Virus record (IMG/VR): IMGVR_UViG_3300014165_000002
Coordinates: 1 to 61,557 of that record
Origin: a virus
Lineage: Duplodnaviria > Caudoviricetes
Reading direction: 5' to 3' (one strand)
DNA: 61,557 nucleotides
The translations under genes and the position numbers were made by a program. The notes under the pieces were generated by a model. The model saw only the letters and a list, made by a program, of their open reading frames with translations. It did no database searches and was not told the origin of the DNA. Positions 47,901 through 54,486 of the stretch are shown here, piece after piece (within the stretch, counting starts at the first letter, position 1; the number at the start of each line of letters is the position of its first letter).

Positions 47901-48572
47901 GATGATTCGATCGGTCGTAAGGATGGAATATCCATCAGGCGGCGTCAGATAGCCGCCCTGCGCCCGCGCTCGGCACTCAATCGAGCATTGGATGTCGCGA
48001 GCGAGTTCTCTCGCGTCGATCGAAAGCGTGGGGTCTGGCACGTCAAAACGCGGAGTCTTACTCGCCAGACCATGCTCGCTATGAGTCAGGCGTCTCCATC
48101 CGCCCCGCTCGGGCGTCCAGTCTGGAGACTGCCTCATCTTGAAGTGGCGGCGCTCGGTGCGCCCGCGCACCTTCCACAAGTGATCTCCACTGCAAATTGA
48201 CGACGAACCATCGTCGAAAGTCACCCTGAAGAGAGGCATTACACCCTGCGGGTAGACGCCGACAACGCGTGTTGACGATCCATCCTCAGCAAACACGAAG
48301 TCGCCAGGCCTTAAATCGCCAAATCTTCTAAGACCGAAGGGCGTTTCTATAAGCTCTTGTTTTCTAATAGCTTTCCCAGGCCCAGTGCAAGCTTTCATGG
48401 CGAGACGCGGGCATGTCGGGTAACTCCGCAGCGCGCGCTCCTGCCACGCATCGGGCTGCGCGCCGAAAAGCTCGCGCACCATCAATACCGGGTCAACGGA
48501 GTATTTGTAGAAGGCGTCTGCGACGACTCGCTCTTGATCAGATAGGGAATTATATAGTTCACTCCCGCGCAT
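44901..48572 (-). CDS. terL: Terminase large subunit with two inteins
   Basis: After intein removal: Walker A GPGK|TT, LLDE Walker B, GNP, GIDVA.YGDD, SPDEGDAF|CLTFA; current start is supplied by the IS end. Confidence 0.92.
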   Translation of the reverse strand: MRGSELYNSLSDQERVVADAFYKYSVDPVLMVRELFGAQPDAWQERALRSYPTCPRLAMKACTGPGKAIRKQELIETPFGLRRFGDLRPGDFVFAEDGSSTRVVGVYPQGVMPLFRVTFDDGSSSICSGDHLWKVRGRTERRHFKMRQSPDWTPERGGWRRLTHSEHGLASKTPRFDVPDPTLSIDARELARDIQCSIECRARAQGGYLTPPDGYSILTTDRIIARGVKDATHNGRNQFEIPRQGGAQFPHMIQPLDPYLVGVWIGDGCKGEPKYSKPYQEVQDEIAKRGYETSRHSDGKGVFIRQSRADFEKLDCFYLGSHERFIPGNYKYASIIQRRDLICGLMDTDGCIGDDGHMEYSTTSERLANDVVWLARSLGGVALIKAAIKEGRYRAPDGQMVECRDCYRVSVCLPFNPFRIAHKAERWKDPLRSPTSARYLTRFITSIEPAGEDECMCIAVEHPSHCYLTNDFIVTHNTTVLAWIGWNFILTRPHSMIGCASITGANLKTGLWTELSRWHIQSPLLQRLFEKTGDKIYMRGHAETWRIEARCWARSADKEAIGNALAGLHAPYVMWLLDETGDYPDAVMPTCEAIFSGEPIEAHIIQAGNPTRRGGPLFRAWMRRNDANRLWEVISITADPDDPSRTPRVSIKHALEQIQEYGRENPWIRVKIFGEFPDQDFNALISEDEVRAAMNRYYRGPTGAKVLGIDVADYGDDQSVIFPRQGLQALVPKKMRHVNSTDGSAIAVRHWNEFPSIGGEADAAFIDAGGGYGAGWRDGMLQLGRAPISIYFGGSPHEKKRFFNKRMEMYWDACEWIRRGGALTDSEELVKTLSQTKYGMRNDQMFLEPKEDIKKELGFSPDEGDAFCLVAGTRIATTGGWLPIERAGNERILTPLGEALSIKVWAHETMQLTTVEFSDGSKLVGTPDHEIFVFGYGKVRLDALLLTMAISPLVERRKWLMTSGLFTRARSIGFKRAVAIIPLASQFSVSGFCIGAYEPSIMAQSRMVTRSIIATMIGGAARLATWNCSKRQSTMPCIQTGGEPLATGSTITMANARESWLRLGILLRKASLGIVRMARKLGLIVEFLQIHARNAEMNSRHTSSEQDFAQKRVCKVLLLDVISQKLGHALIAGRRSLLTAIGRPLVVPVSVRTENVPPTMVYNLTLNRDNAFYANGVLVFNCLTFAEPVTPRQSAPPLVLPRHQEFNPFAEEGGGRDFNPYRG
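45030..45971 (-). mobile_element. terL intein 2 (314 aa), no in-frame endonuclease
   Basis: CLVAGTRI (block A), GTPDHEIF (block B), VYNL...FYANGVLVFN|C (blocks F/G). Confidence 0.9.
45067..45699 (-). pseudogene. HNH endonuclease with zinc fingers, out of frame inside terL intein 2, interrupted by TGA at codon 40
   Basis: MADDKRIVYKG...LHRRV*AEHHGPIPDGHEVHHRD...SNLELL...CEKC..FCSKAC..CAHC..CCSRQC. Confidence 0.8.
47142..48371 (-). mobile_element. terL intein 1 (410 aa), Ala-initiated class-3 type with LAGLIDADG endonuclease
   Basis: Inserted at Walker A GK|T; starts AIRK; DHLW, CMCIAV, IVTHN; PYLVGVWIGDG and LICGLMDTDG. Confidence 0.9.
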
Positions 48573-48705
48573 CCTTTTTCCTTTCGCGTATGATCTTGGC
48601 TTTGCGGAGCTTTCTCGCTTTCGCGGGCTCGGATTTTGGCTTGGGGAGGAACGCCAAAACCTTATCCGCAACGGCGTCCAGCGCCTTTTTGTAATCGGGC
48701 TTCAT
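48559..48705 (-). CDS. IS passenger small basic protein (48 aa)
   Basis: MKPDYKKALDAVADKVLAFLPKPKS...; AGGAG RBS. Confidence 0.6.
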   Translation of the reverse strand: MKPDYKKALDAVADKVLAFLPKPKSEPAKARKLRKAKIIRERKKDARE

Positions 48706-48713
48706 CGTCGCTC

Positions 48714-49631
48714 CTAATGCGTGAGAGCTTTGTAAGTCAGGCGCTTGCCTGCAACGCCATCAATAAAGCTGTCGAGACGCTGTAGCGTGTGGCGCTTCAC
48801 GTCGCCTTCATTCAAGCGGAAGGAAAATTCATCGACATAGCGGCCCAGATGCTTCTTGCTGGTATGATGGTAGACGCCGATGATCCCGCGCTTCATGACC
48901 GCAAAGACGCTCTCGACGCCGTTGGTGGTCACGTCGTCACGGACATATTCGCCTTCGCTATGATTGACGGTTGCGTGTTCAAAGAACAGCCCATTGAGGC
49001 CGCGATAGACAGCGGCCTCGTCAGTGTGGAGCCTCGAGCCGGCCTCAACATTCTGGTGAATTTTCGTGTGGAGGGTTGCCATGTCCGTGTCTTCGACTGG
49101 CATAGCTTTCATACGCCCGCCGCGCTCGCGCATCGCGACAACGGCGGTTTTACCTACCGTGCCGCGCCCTGCCTTGAGCTTCTTGTGCTCGTGCTTGTTG
49201 GCCTCTTTCCCGCCGACATAGGTTTCGTCAATCTCGACAATGCCTTGAAGCTTTTCGAGATCGGAGCCGCAGGCTTCCCTGAGTCGGTGAAGGACAAACC
49301 ACGCTGACTTTTGCGTGATCCCGATTTCCTTCGCGAGCTGCATTGACGAAATGCCTTTTCGCGCCGTCACGAGCAAATACATGGCGTAAACCCACTTGTG
49401 CAGCGGGACGTGCGAGCGCTCGAAAATAGTGCCGGTGCGGACGGTGAAGTCCTCCTTACACTGGTTGCAGCGATAAAAGCCACTCTTTCGCGCGGTGATG
49501 CGCTCGCCAAGGCCGCAGACAGGGCAGCGCGGGCCATTCGGCCAAAGCCGCGCTTCCAGATAGGCGCGAGCGGACTCTTGGTCTGGGAACATTGCGAACA
49601 GTTCGAAAGTGGAGATGGTTGATTTAGACAT
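48714..49631 (-). CDS. IS1595-family DDE transposase
   Basis: CPVC/CNQC zinc ribbon, FTVRTGTIF, VEIDETY, HTDE, TNGVES, YVDEF.FR.N. Confidence 0.95.
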   Translation of the reverse strand: MSKSTISTFELFAMFPDQESARAYLEARLWPNGPRCPVCGLGERITARKSGFYRCNQCKEDFTVRTGTIFERSHVPLHKWVYAMYLLVTARKGISSMQLAKEIGITQKSAWFVLHRLREACGSDLEKLQGIVEIDETYVGGKEANKHEHKKLKAGRGTVGKTAVVAMRERGGRMKAMPVEDTDMATLHTKIHQNVEAGSRLHTDEAAVYRGLNGLFFEHATVNHSEGEYVRDDVTTNGVESVFAVMKRGIIGVYHHTSKKHLGRYVDEFSFRLNEGDVKRHTLQRLDSFIDGVAGKRLTYKALTH

Positions 49632-49878
49632 TGTCTACCCTTTCCCCGCTCGCGTTCATCCAACGAAATGACTCGATGACTTTTTCAATTTCAGCGAGAC
49701 GCTCGTCTGTAATATCATCGTAATAGGTATCGAAAAGCATAGCGACGACCCTGTGAAGCCGGTCCCCCGGCTTCACTATAAGTTCTTGATTTGCATATTC
49801 ATCAGAAACACGTTGCATAATCATGCCCCCAACAAAGAGGAGTAAGCGACGTATTTTTCCATTTCGTTGGTCATCCAA
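49624..49878 (-). CDS. IS passenger hypothetical protein
   Basis: ORF inside the TIRs, overlapping the transposase start. Confidence 0.45.
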   Translation of the reverse strand: MDDQRNGKIRRLLLFVGGMIMQRVSDEYANQELIVKPGDRLHRVVAMLFDTYYDDITDERLAEIEKVIESFRWMNASGERVDNV

Positions 49879-50039
49879 GCGCCGTGCTTATGTGCCTCAA
49901 TCTGTCCACGGGTCATGCGCTCGACCACTTCGCTGGCATTGGTTCCAAGCGTCCATTGCCCCTTGATCAGACGCTGGTTTGTCGAAAGAAGGTCAATCGC
50001 CTGTTCGCGAGAGACGGTGGAGTTCCATGTAAGCTGCAT
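49821..50039 (-). CDS. IS passenger hypothetical protein
   Basis: AAGGGAG RBS just after the IS promoter. Confidence 0.55.
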   Translation of the reverse strand: MQLTWNSTVSREQAIDLLSTNQRLIKGQWTLGTNASEVVERMTRGQIEAHKHGAWMTNEMEKYVAYSSLLGA

Positions 50040-50065
50040 GTTCGATCTCCCTTGTTGATAAAAAC

Positions 50066-50094
50066 AAGGTAGTTTATTCCCTCACGATTGTCAA
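50066..50094 (-). promoter_or_regulatory. Sigma70-like promoter inside the IS left end
   Basis: TTGACA-17 bp-TACCTT. Confidence 0.7.
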
Positions 50095-50246
50095 GGGACT
50101 AAAATATATAATTCCCATCAGATAGGGCTATCGACGTGCTCCATGCGCGGGATCTGTGACCGGCTCACCGTGGGAAAGGGGAACGGAAACCCCACGGCGC
50201 CGGCTGCGAGAGGTTACGATGCCACTCTCTCGCTTGGCGATGGCGG

Positions 50247-50474
50247 TCAACTCCCAAATTTTGCGAGATCCTTGCGGATCTCGCTCAGCACGATCCGCAT
50301 GCCGAGCTCGTAGCCGACGGCCTGCGACTTGGCGATGGTTTCGTGATCCTCTTTCAGCTTAAGGCGCCGCACATAGGCGCGCTGCAACTCTTCGAGGCGG
50401 CCGGTCTCGATATCGGAGAGGTCTCGTGGGATGGGGCCGGCGGGCTTGATCTCGTAAGGCTCGTCAACGTTCAC
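50247..50474 (-). CDS. Hypothetical protein
   Basis: GTG start overlapping the upstream TGA (GTGA), with AAGGA RBS. Confidence 0.55.
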   Translation of the reverse strand: MNVDEPYEIKPAGPIPRDLSDIETGRLEELQRAYVRRLKLKEDHETIAKSQAVGYELGMRIVLSEIRKDLAKFGS

Positions 50475-51154
50475 TTGGGGCGTCCTTCTTTTTCTCGCTT
50501 TTTCTCGCGCTTGTAATGGGCGGCGCGCGAGATTCCGAGGGCTTCCCAAGGCTTGCCCGTCGAGGCGGGACGTCCGCCTTTGGAGCGGGCGGCGGGAGTC
50601 GAACCCGGCGTCTTCGGCTTCGAAGGCCGCTGCTCTGCCTTTGAGCTACGCCCGCGCTTTGGTTTGGCGCCCCCGGAGGGAATCGAACCGACTTCTCCAA
50701 GGTCTCGGGCCTTGGCGCTCTGCCGTTGAGCTACGGGGGCGGGTGATGGACTATTGACTCGTTTTAGCCCGCTCCTGCGAACAATCTTGAGGATGTCGTC
50801 GCGGTGAGTGAACCATTCTCCATAGGCGCGGAAGGGCTCAAAAAACCGATGCAGCAGCTTTTCGAGGCGCTCATCGCCTTCGATCGCATAGGCCGCATCA
50901 AGCCGCTCGGGATGGCCCGTTTGAAGGCCTTTCACGCGAGAGAGCACGTCCCCGCCCGTAAATCCTATTTTGAGGAATCCGAGAGGCCCGGTCCCTTCGA
51001 TGAAGTAGACTGTTCCACGGCCCGGCGCTTGCGCATCAACTCCCGCTGATAAGCCTTCCGATCGAAGGAGCCCTTCGGCGCTCGCTTCGGCTTCGGCGAA
51101 GGCTTTTCCTTCGCTTTGGGTGGGCGCGGCTCCTGCGGCTTCTTCTCCGAGCAT
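50471..51154 (-). CDS. GIY-YIG-like (T5orf172/Mug113) protein whose frame runs through two tRNA-like genes
   Basis: VYFI...LKIGFT...RVKGLQTG.P...EKLLH..F...GEWF; C-terminal KPWEALGISRA.HY. Confidence 0.65.
   Translation of the reverse strand: MLGEEAAGAAPTQSEGKAFAEAEASAEGLLRSEGLSAGVDAQAPGRGTVYFIEGTGPLGFLKIGFTGGDVLSRVKGLQTGHPERLDAAYAIEGDERLEKLLHRFFEPFRAYGEWFTHRDDILKIVRRSGLKRVNSPSPAPVAQRQSAKARDLGEVGSIPSGGAKPKRGRSSKAEQRPSKPKTPGSTPAARSKGGRPASTGKPWEALGISRAAHYKREKKREKEGRPK
50581..50655 (-). tRNA. tRNA-Arg(UCG)
   Basis: GCGGGCG/CGCCCGC acceptor, GCTC/GAGC D-stem, loop CT-TCG-AA, GTTCGACTC T-loop, encoded CCA; single mismatches in the anticodon and T stems. Confidence 0.8.
50665..50740 (-). tRNA. 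Atypical or degenerate tRNA (anticodon loop CCCGAGA)
   Basis: GCCCCCG/CGGGGGC acceptor, D-stem, GTTCGATTC, CCA; 6-bp anticodon stem, no U33, two T-stem mismatches. Confidence 0.6.
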
Positions 51155-51192
51155 GGAGCCTTGTCCTCTGTGTCGACATAACGAATAGCCAT
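50965..51192 (-). CDS. Small basic protein downstream of terS
   Basis: FDRKAYQRELMRKRRA motif; overlaps the GIY-YIG ORF in another frame. Confidence 0.5.
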   Translation of the reverse strand: MAIRYVDTEDKAPCSEKKPQEPRPPKAKEKPSPKPKRAPKGSFDRKAYQRELMRKRRAVEQSTSSKGPGLSDSSK

Positions 51193-51201
51193 TGCGTTAG
51201 A

Positions 51202-51765
51202 CTAACGAGCCTTATTGTCTAGGTCAACTACCTCCACAGGTCGCGCCTCTATCGTTTTCATCTCCTCCCGCCGGCGCGCCGCGACCTCCTCGATGATCGA
51301 GGCGATCGACACTTCCACCGTGCCCTCGACCTGGGTTTTCTCCCCATAGCGCTTCTGATTCATCTTGCCCGCGCGCCACTGCTTCGACCAGATGAGGACG
51401 CGTGCCGCTTGTGGGTCGATCTTGCGGGTCTCCAGTTTTTTTTCGACGTCAATCATTGCAGAAACAACGGCCTCTGCCTGTCCATATTCTCGCGCGCGCG
51501 CGATACGTGCCGCAAAATCAGGGTCTTCCCCCTGCAATCTGAGAAGCGTCGCGTAGGACGGCATCCCTGCGATTTTGGCTATGTCTTTGAAAGAATGGTC
51601 TGTTTCGATGAGGGAAATGATTTTGTCGATGAGCTTGGGGGATTTTGTCCAAGGGGTTTTGGGGCCTCGCTTTTTTGGGGTGGGCTTTTTTTTGGGTGAG
51701 ACGGTTTTTTTGGACTTGTCCTGCTTACGTTTAGCCGGAGGGGATTTGGCTTTCGATGCTGGCAA
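51202..51765 (-). CDS. terS: Terminase small subunit (Sf6-like)
   Basis: MPSYATL.R...DPDFAARIARARE...QW.AGKM..KRYGEK. Confidence 0.8.
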   Translation of the reverse strand: MPASKAKSPPAKRKQDKSKKTVSPKKKPTPKKRGPKTPWTKSPKLIDKIISLIETDHSFKDIAKIAGMPSYATLLRLQGEDPDFAARIARAREYGQAEAVVSAMIDVEKKLETRKIDPQAARVLIWSKQWRAGKMNQKRYGEKTQVEGTVEVSIASIIEEVAARRREEMKTIEARPVEVVDLDNKAR

Positions 51766-51840
51766 GGTCTCGGCTCTTTTTTCAAGGGGTCTCGCGCCTT
51801 GAGGATATGCGAGATTTCGACGAGGCGCGAGGGGATTGGA

Positions 51841-52038
51841 TTAGGCGCCGAACGCCTCGATGCGAACTTTGAGGATGTCGTTATAGGCACTCATGAAGAT
51901 CGCTTGTGCGTGAAGCCGCGCTTGTTCCGCCGGTGCGAGTCCATCGAAGGTGGTGCTCACATGAAATTTTCTGAGCTTAGCGAGCTTGTCTTCAAGATCG
52001 TTTTGCTCCTCCACGACGCGCTGTTGATGCGGTTGCAT
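51841..52038 (-). CDS. crAss001_48-like small helical protein
   Basis: MQPHQQRVVEE..DL..KL.KL..F...L..Q...M..Y..IL..RI..F. Confidence 0.7.
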   Translation of the reverse strand: MQPHQQRVVEEQNDLEDKLAKLRKFHVSTTFDGLAPAEQARLHAQAIFMSAYNDILKVRIEAFGA

Positions 52039-52043
52039 TGGCG

Positions 52044-52265
52044 TCACTCCTGCCAAGTCGCCGCTTTGACGGCCCACATCTGGGCGCCTTGCGCTTCGGT
52101 GATGGCGATCGAGTGCAGGCGCTTCTGCTCGCTCGAGGCCACGGGATTGTTGCGCGCATCGTGGGCGATGTCGATGATCTGCGCGTAGAGGGATTTGATC
52201 TTGGAAACAGTGTCGTCGCCGCTGGGGTTGAAGGACAGGCCAACGGCCTTTTCACCAAAAGTCAT
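52044..52265 (-). CDS. Acb2/Tad1-like hairpin protein (putative nucleotide-signal sponge)
   Basis: FNPSGD..V.KIK...R..SIAITEAQ.AQMWAVKAATW. Confidence 0.6.
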   Translation of the reverse strand: MTFGEKAVGLSFNPSGDDTVSKIKSLYAQIIDIAHDARNNPVASSEQKRLHSIAITEAQGAQMWAVKAATWQE

Positions 52266-52309
52266 TTGTTTTCTCCTGTGTTTTGCCGAATTACCGTTCG
52301 GCGTCGGGT

Positions 52310-52525
52310 TCAGTCCCACGAGAAGCGGGGCAGGGTGATCGGCGCAGCTCCGCTCTTTACCCGCTTGCGAGACGAATTGGTTGCCGCCGCGAAGACGATC
52401 GCGGGCGTCCCTGCCTCATGGCCCATGGGGCGAGGCAGGTCTTTTCGATAGGCTGCACGAGCGCGCGCGGTGCGCTCGCGCTTCATGTCACGGAGGAGGA
52501 GGGTGGAGGCGCGCGCTTGCGGCAT
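52310..52525 (-). CDS. Hypothetical protein
   Basis: GGAG RBS; operon context. Confidence 0.4.
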   Translation of the reverse strand: MPQARASTLLLRDMKRERTARARAAYRKDLPRPMGHEAGTPAIVFAAATNSSRKRVKSGAAPITLPRFSWD

Positions 52526-52534
52526 GACGTCAGC

Positions 52535-52851
52535 TCAACTCCCGCAGTGGAGCTTGGCGCGGGACGCGAGCCCGAAGCGCACCCAGCCGAGCGCGCGGGC
52601 TATGCTTTGGCGCACATCCGCCGCCGTGCGAGGCGGGTAACCGGCAGCAACGTCTGATTCTGCCGATCCGAGAAGAGCCGCCTCCATCGAGGCCAACGCG
52701 ATGTCGATCTCAGCGTCTGCGGCGGCACATTGGTCCGCGTGCCCCTCGAGCACGCGGAAGGTTCTGTCGATCTGGTAGCCAGCAACGGCCTGCGCCGCGG
52801 CGCCGCCGGCCCACAGCGCGAGCGCGCTGGCGACGATGAGAGCTTTCCAAG
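52535..52851 (-). pseudogene. Secreted-protein gene whose start is replaced by an IS1595-like end
   Basis: Signal peptide KALIVASALALWAGGAAA|Q begins right at the TIR; no adjacent ATG. Confidence 0.45.
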
Positions 52852-53111
52852 GGGAATTATATATTTGACTCCCTCGCCGCTTTGGGCTAGTTTTATCCCA
52901 GAACGCAAGGCGTTGATCCAATGACCGAGCCGCCACTGAAACCCCCGAAAGAGTTGGATGCAATCGTGGATTTGGTCTTCGCCTATAAGGCGAAGCCAAA
53001 AAGTGCGCCCGCGAAGAAGCGCAAGAAGAAGACCGCGAAGGATAAGCCCCTCTCGATTGATTTGCATTAGCCGCTCTTACCGGGCAGAAAAAAGGCGTAA
53101 CTGTAATTACC
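52852..53111 (+). mobile_element. Non-autonomous IS1595-like remnant (MITE-like)
   Basis: TIR GGGAATTATATATTTGACTCCC at 52852-52873; passenger homologue; degenerate possible right end at about 53094-53111; no TSD found. Confidence 0.55.
52921..53070 (+). CDS. Homologue of the IS passenger basic peptide (49 aa)
   Basis: ELDAIVDLVFAYKAKPKSAPAKKRK versus ALDAVADKVLAFLPKPKSEPAKARK at 48559-48705. Confidence 0.6.
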   Translation: MTEPPLKPPKELDAIVDLVFAYKAKPKSAPAKKRKKKTAKDKPLSIDLH

Positions 53112-53114
53112 ATG

Positions 53115-53351
53115 TTAGGAGCCCTTGATTGTGCGCACTATTAGCCTGACAGACCAGCAAATTATAAAGATTGCAATTGCAACTGCTGGAATAATTTTAG
53201 CGATTGCCGCTATATGGTGTGCGTGGGAGATCTCTACTTTTAGCTCATTATCGGCATCTGACGCAAAATGGTGGGTGCATACTTCAGAACTGCTGCTTAT
53301 CGCGTCTTCGATTCTTTTGGCACTGGGGCTTTTCGGAGAATGGTCCGTCAT
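53115..53351 (-). CDS. AT-rich small membrane protein
   Basis: ATGA coupling; C-terminal TM segment. Confidence 0.45.
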   Translation of the reverse strand: MTDHSPKSPSAKRIEDAISSSSEVCTHHFASDADNELKVEISHAHHIAAIAKIIPAVAIAIFIICWSVRLIVRTIKGS

Positions 53352-53548
53352 GGCTTGGGCTCTTCCTTGATGCGCGTGATTAAAATATCGTTAATTTTTT
53401 TGATGAGGTTCAATGGCGGCAAGCCAAACACCAGTTTTTCGAGAAGACCATCCATCTCTTCGTCCCATTCCTTTTTGCGAAGTTCGATTTCCGCCGCTGT
53501 GATAGGCTGCGTTCTGTCCACAGGCGTCATTTCTGGAGTTTTTGACAT
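53348..53548 (-). CDS. Hypothetical protein
   Basis: GAGG RBS; starts MSKTPEMTPV. Confidence 0.55.
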   Translation of the reverse strand: MSKTPEMTPVDRTQPITAAEIELRKKEWDEEMDGLLEKLVFGLPPLNLIKKINDILITRIKEEPKP

Positions 53549-53616
53549 ATCGACCTCTCGGGAATGAGGGGTCTCCGGCCAGTAGACGACGAGACCGGCC
53601 GGAGACCATCGCAGGA

Positions 53617-53727
53617 TCATTCCTGCGAATTCTTGCGCTTCTTAGCGCGCACCACCACGACGAAGATGATTGCAAGAGCAATAGGCGCGCCGAGGATGGC
53701 GGCGCCCGCGGATTCCAGCGTGGTCAT
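53617..53727 (-). CDS. 36-aa single-TM peptide, copy A
   Basis: MTTLESAGAAILGAPIALAIIFVVVVRAKKRKNSQE; paralogue at 54954-55064. Confidence 0.6.
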   Translation of the reverse strand: MTTLESAGAAILGAPIALAIIFVVVVRAKKRKNSQE

Positions 53728-53817
53728 TGGCGGCGTTCCGCCTGGACGGTGACGAAATAAGCAAAGCCGATGGCGATGCCCAAGAGCAGGATTCCGAGCA
53801 AAATCTGATACATGGCG

Positions 53818-54033
53818 TTACCCCAATTTCTTCGCTAAGCCGAAATGCCGGCGCACCTGCGGGAACTCCTCGATCAGCCCCATGATGATCGCGGCCGAGC
53901 GCGTGATGGGCACGCTCGCGTCCTCCCAGCGCCGCACCGTGCGCCCCGTTGCCCCGACAATCTCGCCGAGGTCGTCAAGGGAAAGCCCGTAAGCGCGACG
54001 CAGCGATTTGACTTTGTTGGGGGTCATCAACAT
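53818..54033 (-). CDS. XRE-family HTH regulator, copy A
   Basis: MTP...LRRAYGLS...LG.IVG...RTVRRWEDA. Confidence 0.8.
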   Translation of the reverse strand: MLMTPNKVKSLRRAYGLSLDDLGEIVGATGRTVRRWEDASVPITRSAAIIMGLIEEFPQVRRHFGLAKKLG

Positions 54034-54073
54034 CGTCTCTCTCCATTGGCGGCGGGCAAGATCGCCCTTGATT

Positions 54074-54382
54074 TCAGAAGTGACGCGAGACGATCTCGAA
54101 ATGACCGGTCCCGCACCACGGCTCGCCGACGGACTTATCGTGCGCGCGGTCGCGCACCTGCCACATCGGCATATATCTGCCGTCGAACGAAGCGACACAG
54201 ACACTCAAGGAGGCTTCGCCGTTGAAATTCCATAGACGGCGAATCTCATAGACAGGGCGGCCAGGGATCCGGTGCCGCGTTCCGCTCGCAAGCCAGCGCC
54301 GACGAAATCCATTATTCCAGAAGCGGCGCGATTCTTGCGCATACCTAACAGGTTCGTCGGGGTGAATTTGACTTACAACCAT
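54074..54382 (-). CDS. Hypothetical protein
   Basis: AGGAG RBS downstream of a promoter. Confidence 0.5.
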   Translation of the reverse strand: MVVSQIHPDEPVRYAQESRRFWNNGFRRRWLASGTRHRIPGRPVYEIRRLWNFNGEASLSVCVASFDGRYMPMWQVRDRAHDKSVGEPWCGTGHFEIVSRHF

Positions 54383-54428
54383 CTGTCGTCTCCTGATTCG
54401 GCGGGCACGCGCGCCCTGTGACACCATG

Positions 54429-54457
54429 ACTGTATGACATCATATCAAAGGATGCAA
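54429..54457 (-). promoter_or_regulatory. Sigma70-like promoter
   Basis: TTGCAT-17 bp-TACAGT with an A-rich upstream element. Confidence 0.55.
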
Positions 54458-54486
54458 GCCCTAATTTTCATTTTCGATCCACTTTT

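Larger units (their letters stand above)
48545..50116 (-). mobile_element. IS1595-family insertion sequence with passenger genes
   Basis: 22-bp imperfect TIRs GGGAATTATATAGTTCACTCCC (48545-48566) and GGGAATTATATATTTTAGTCCC (reverse complement of 50095-50116); 8-bp TSD ATCAGATA at 48537-48544 and 50117-50124. Confidence 0.95.

Noticed and set aside
48573-48671. terL N-terminal extension given by the ORF track
   Set aside because: Lies inside the IS, overlaps the passenger gene and lacks a better RBS than the ATG at 48572
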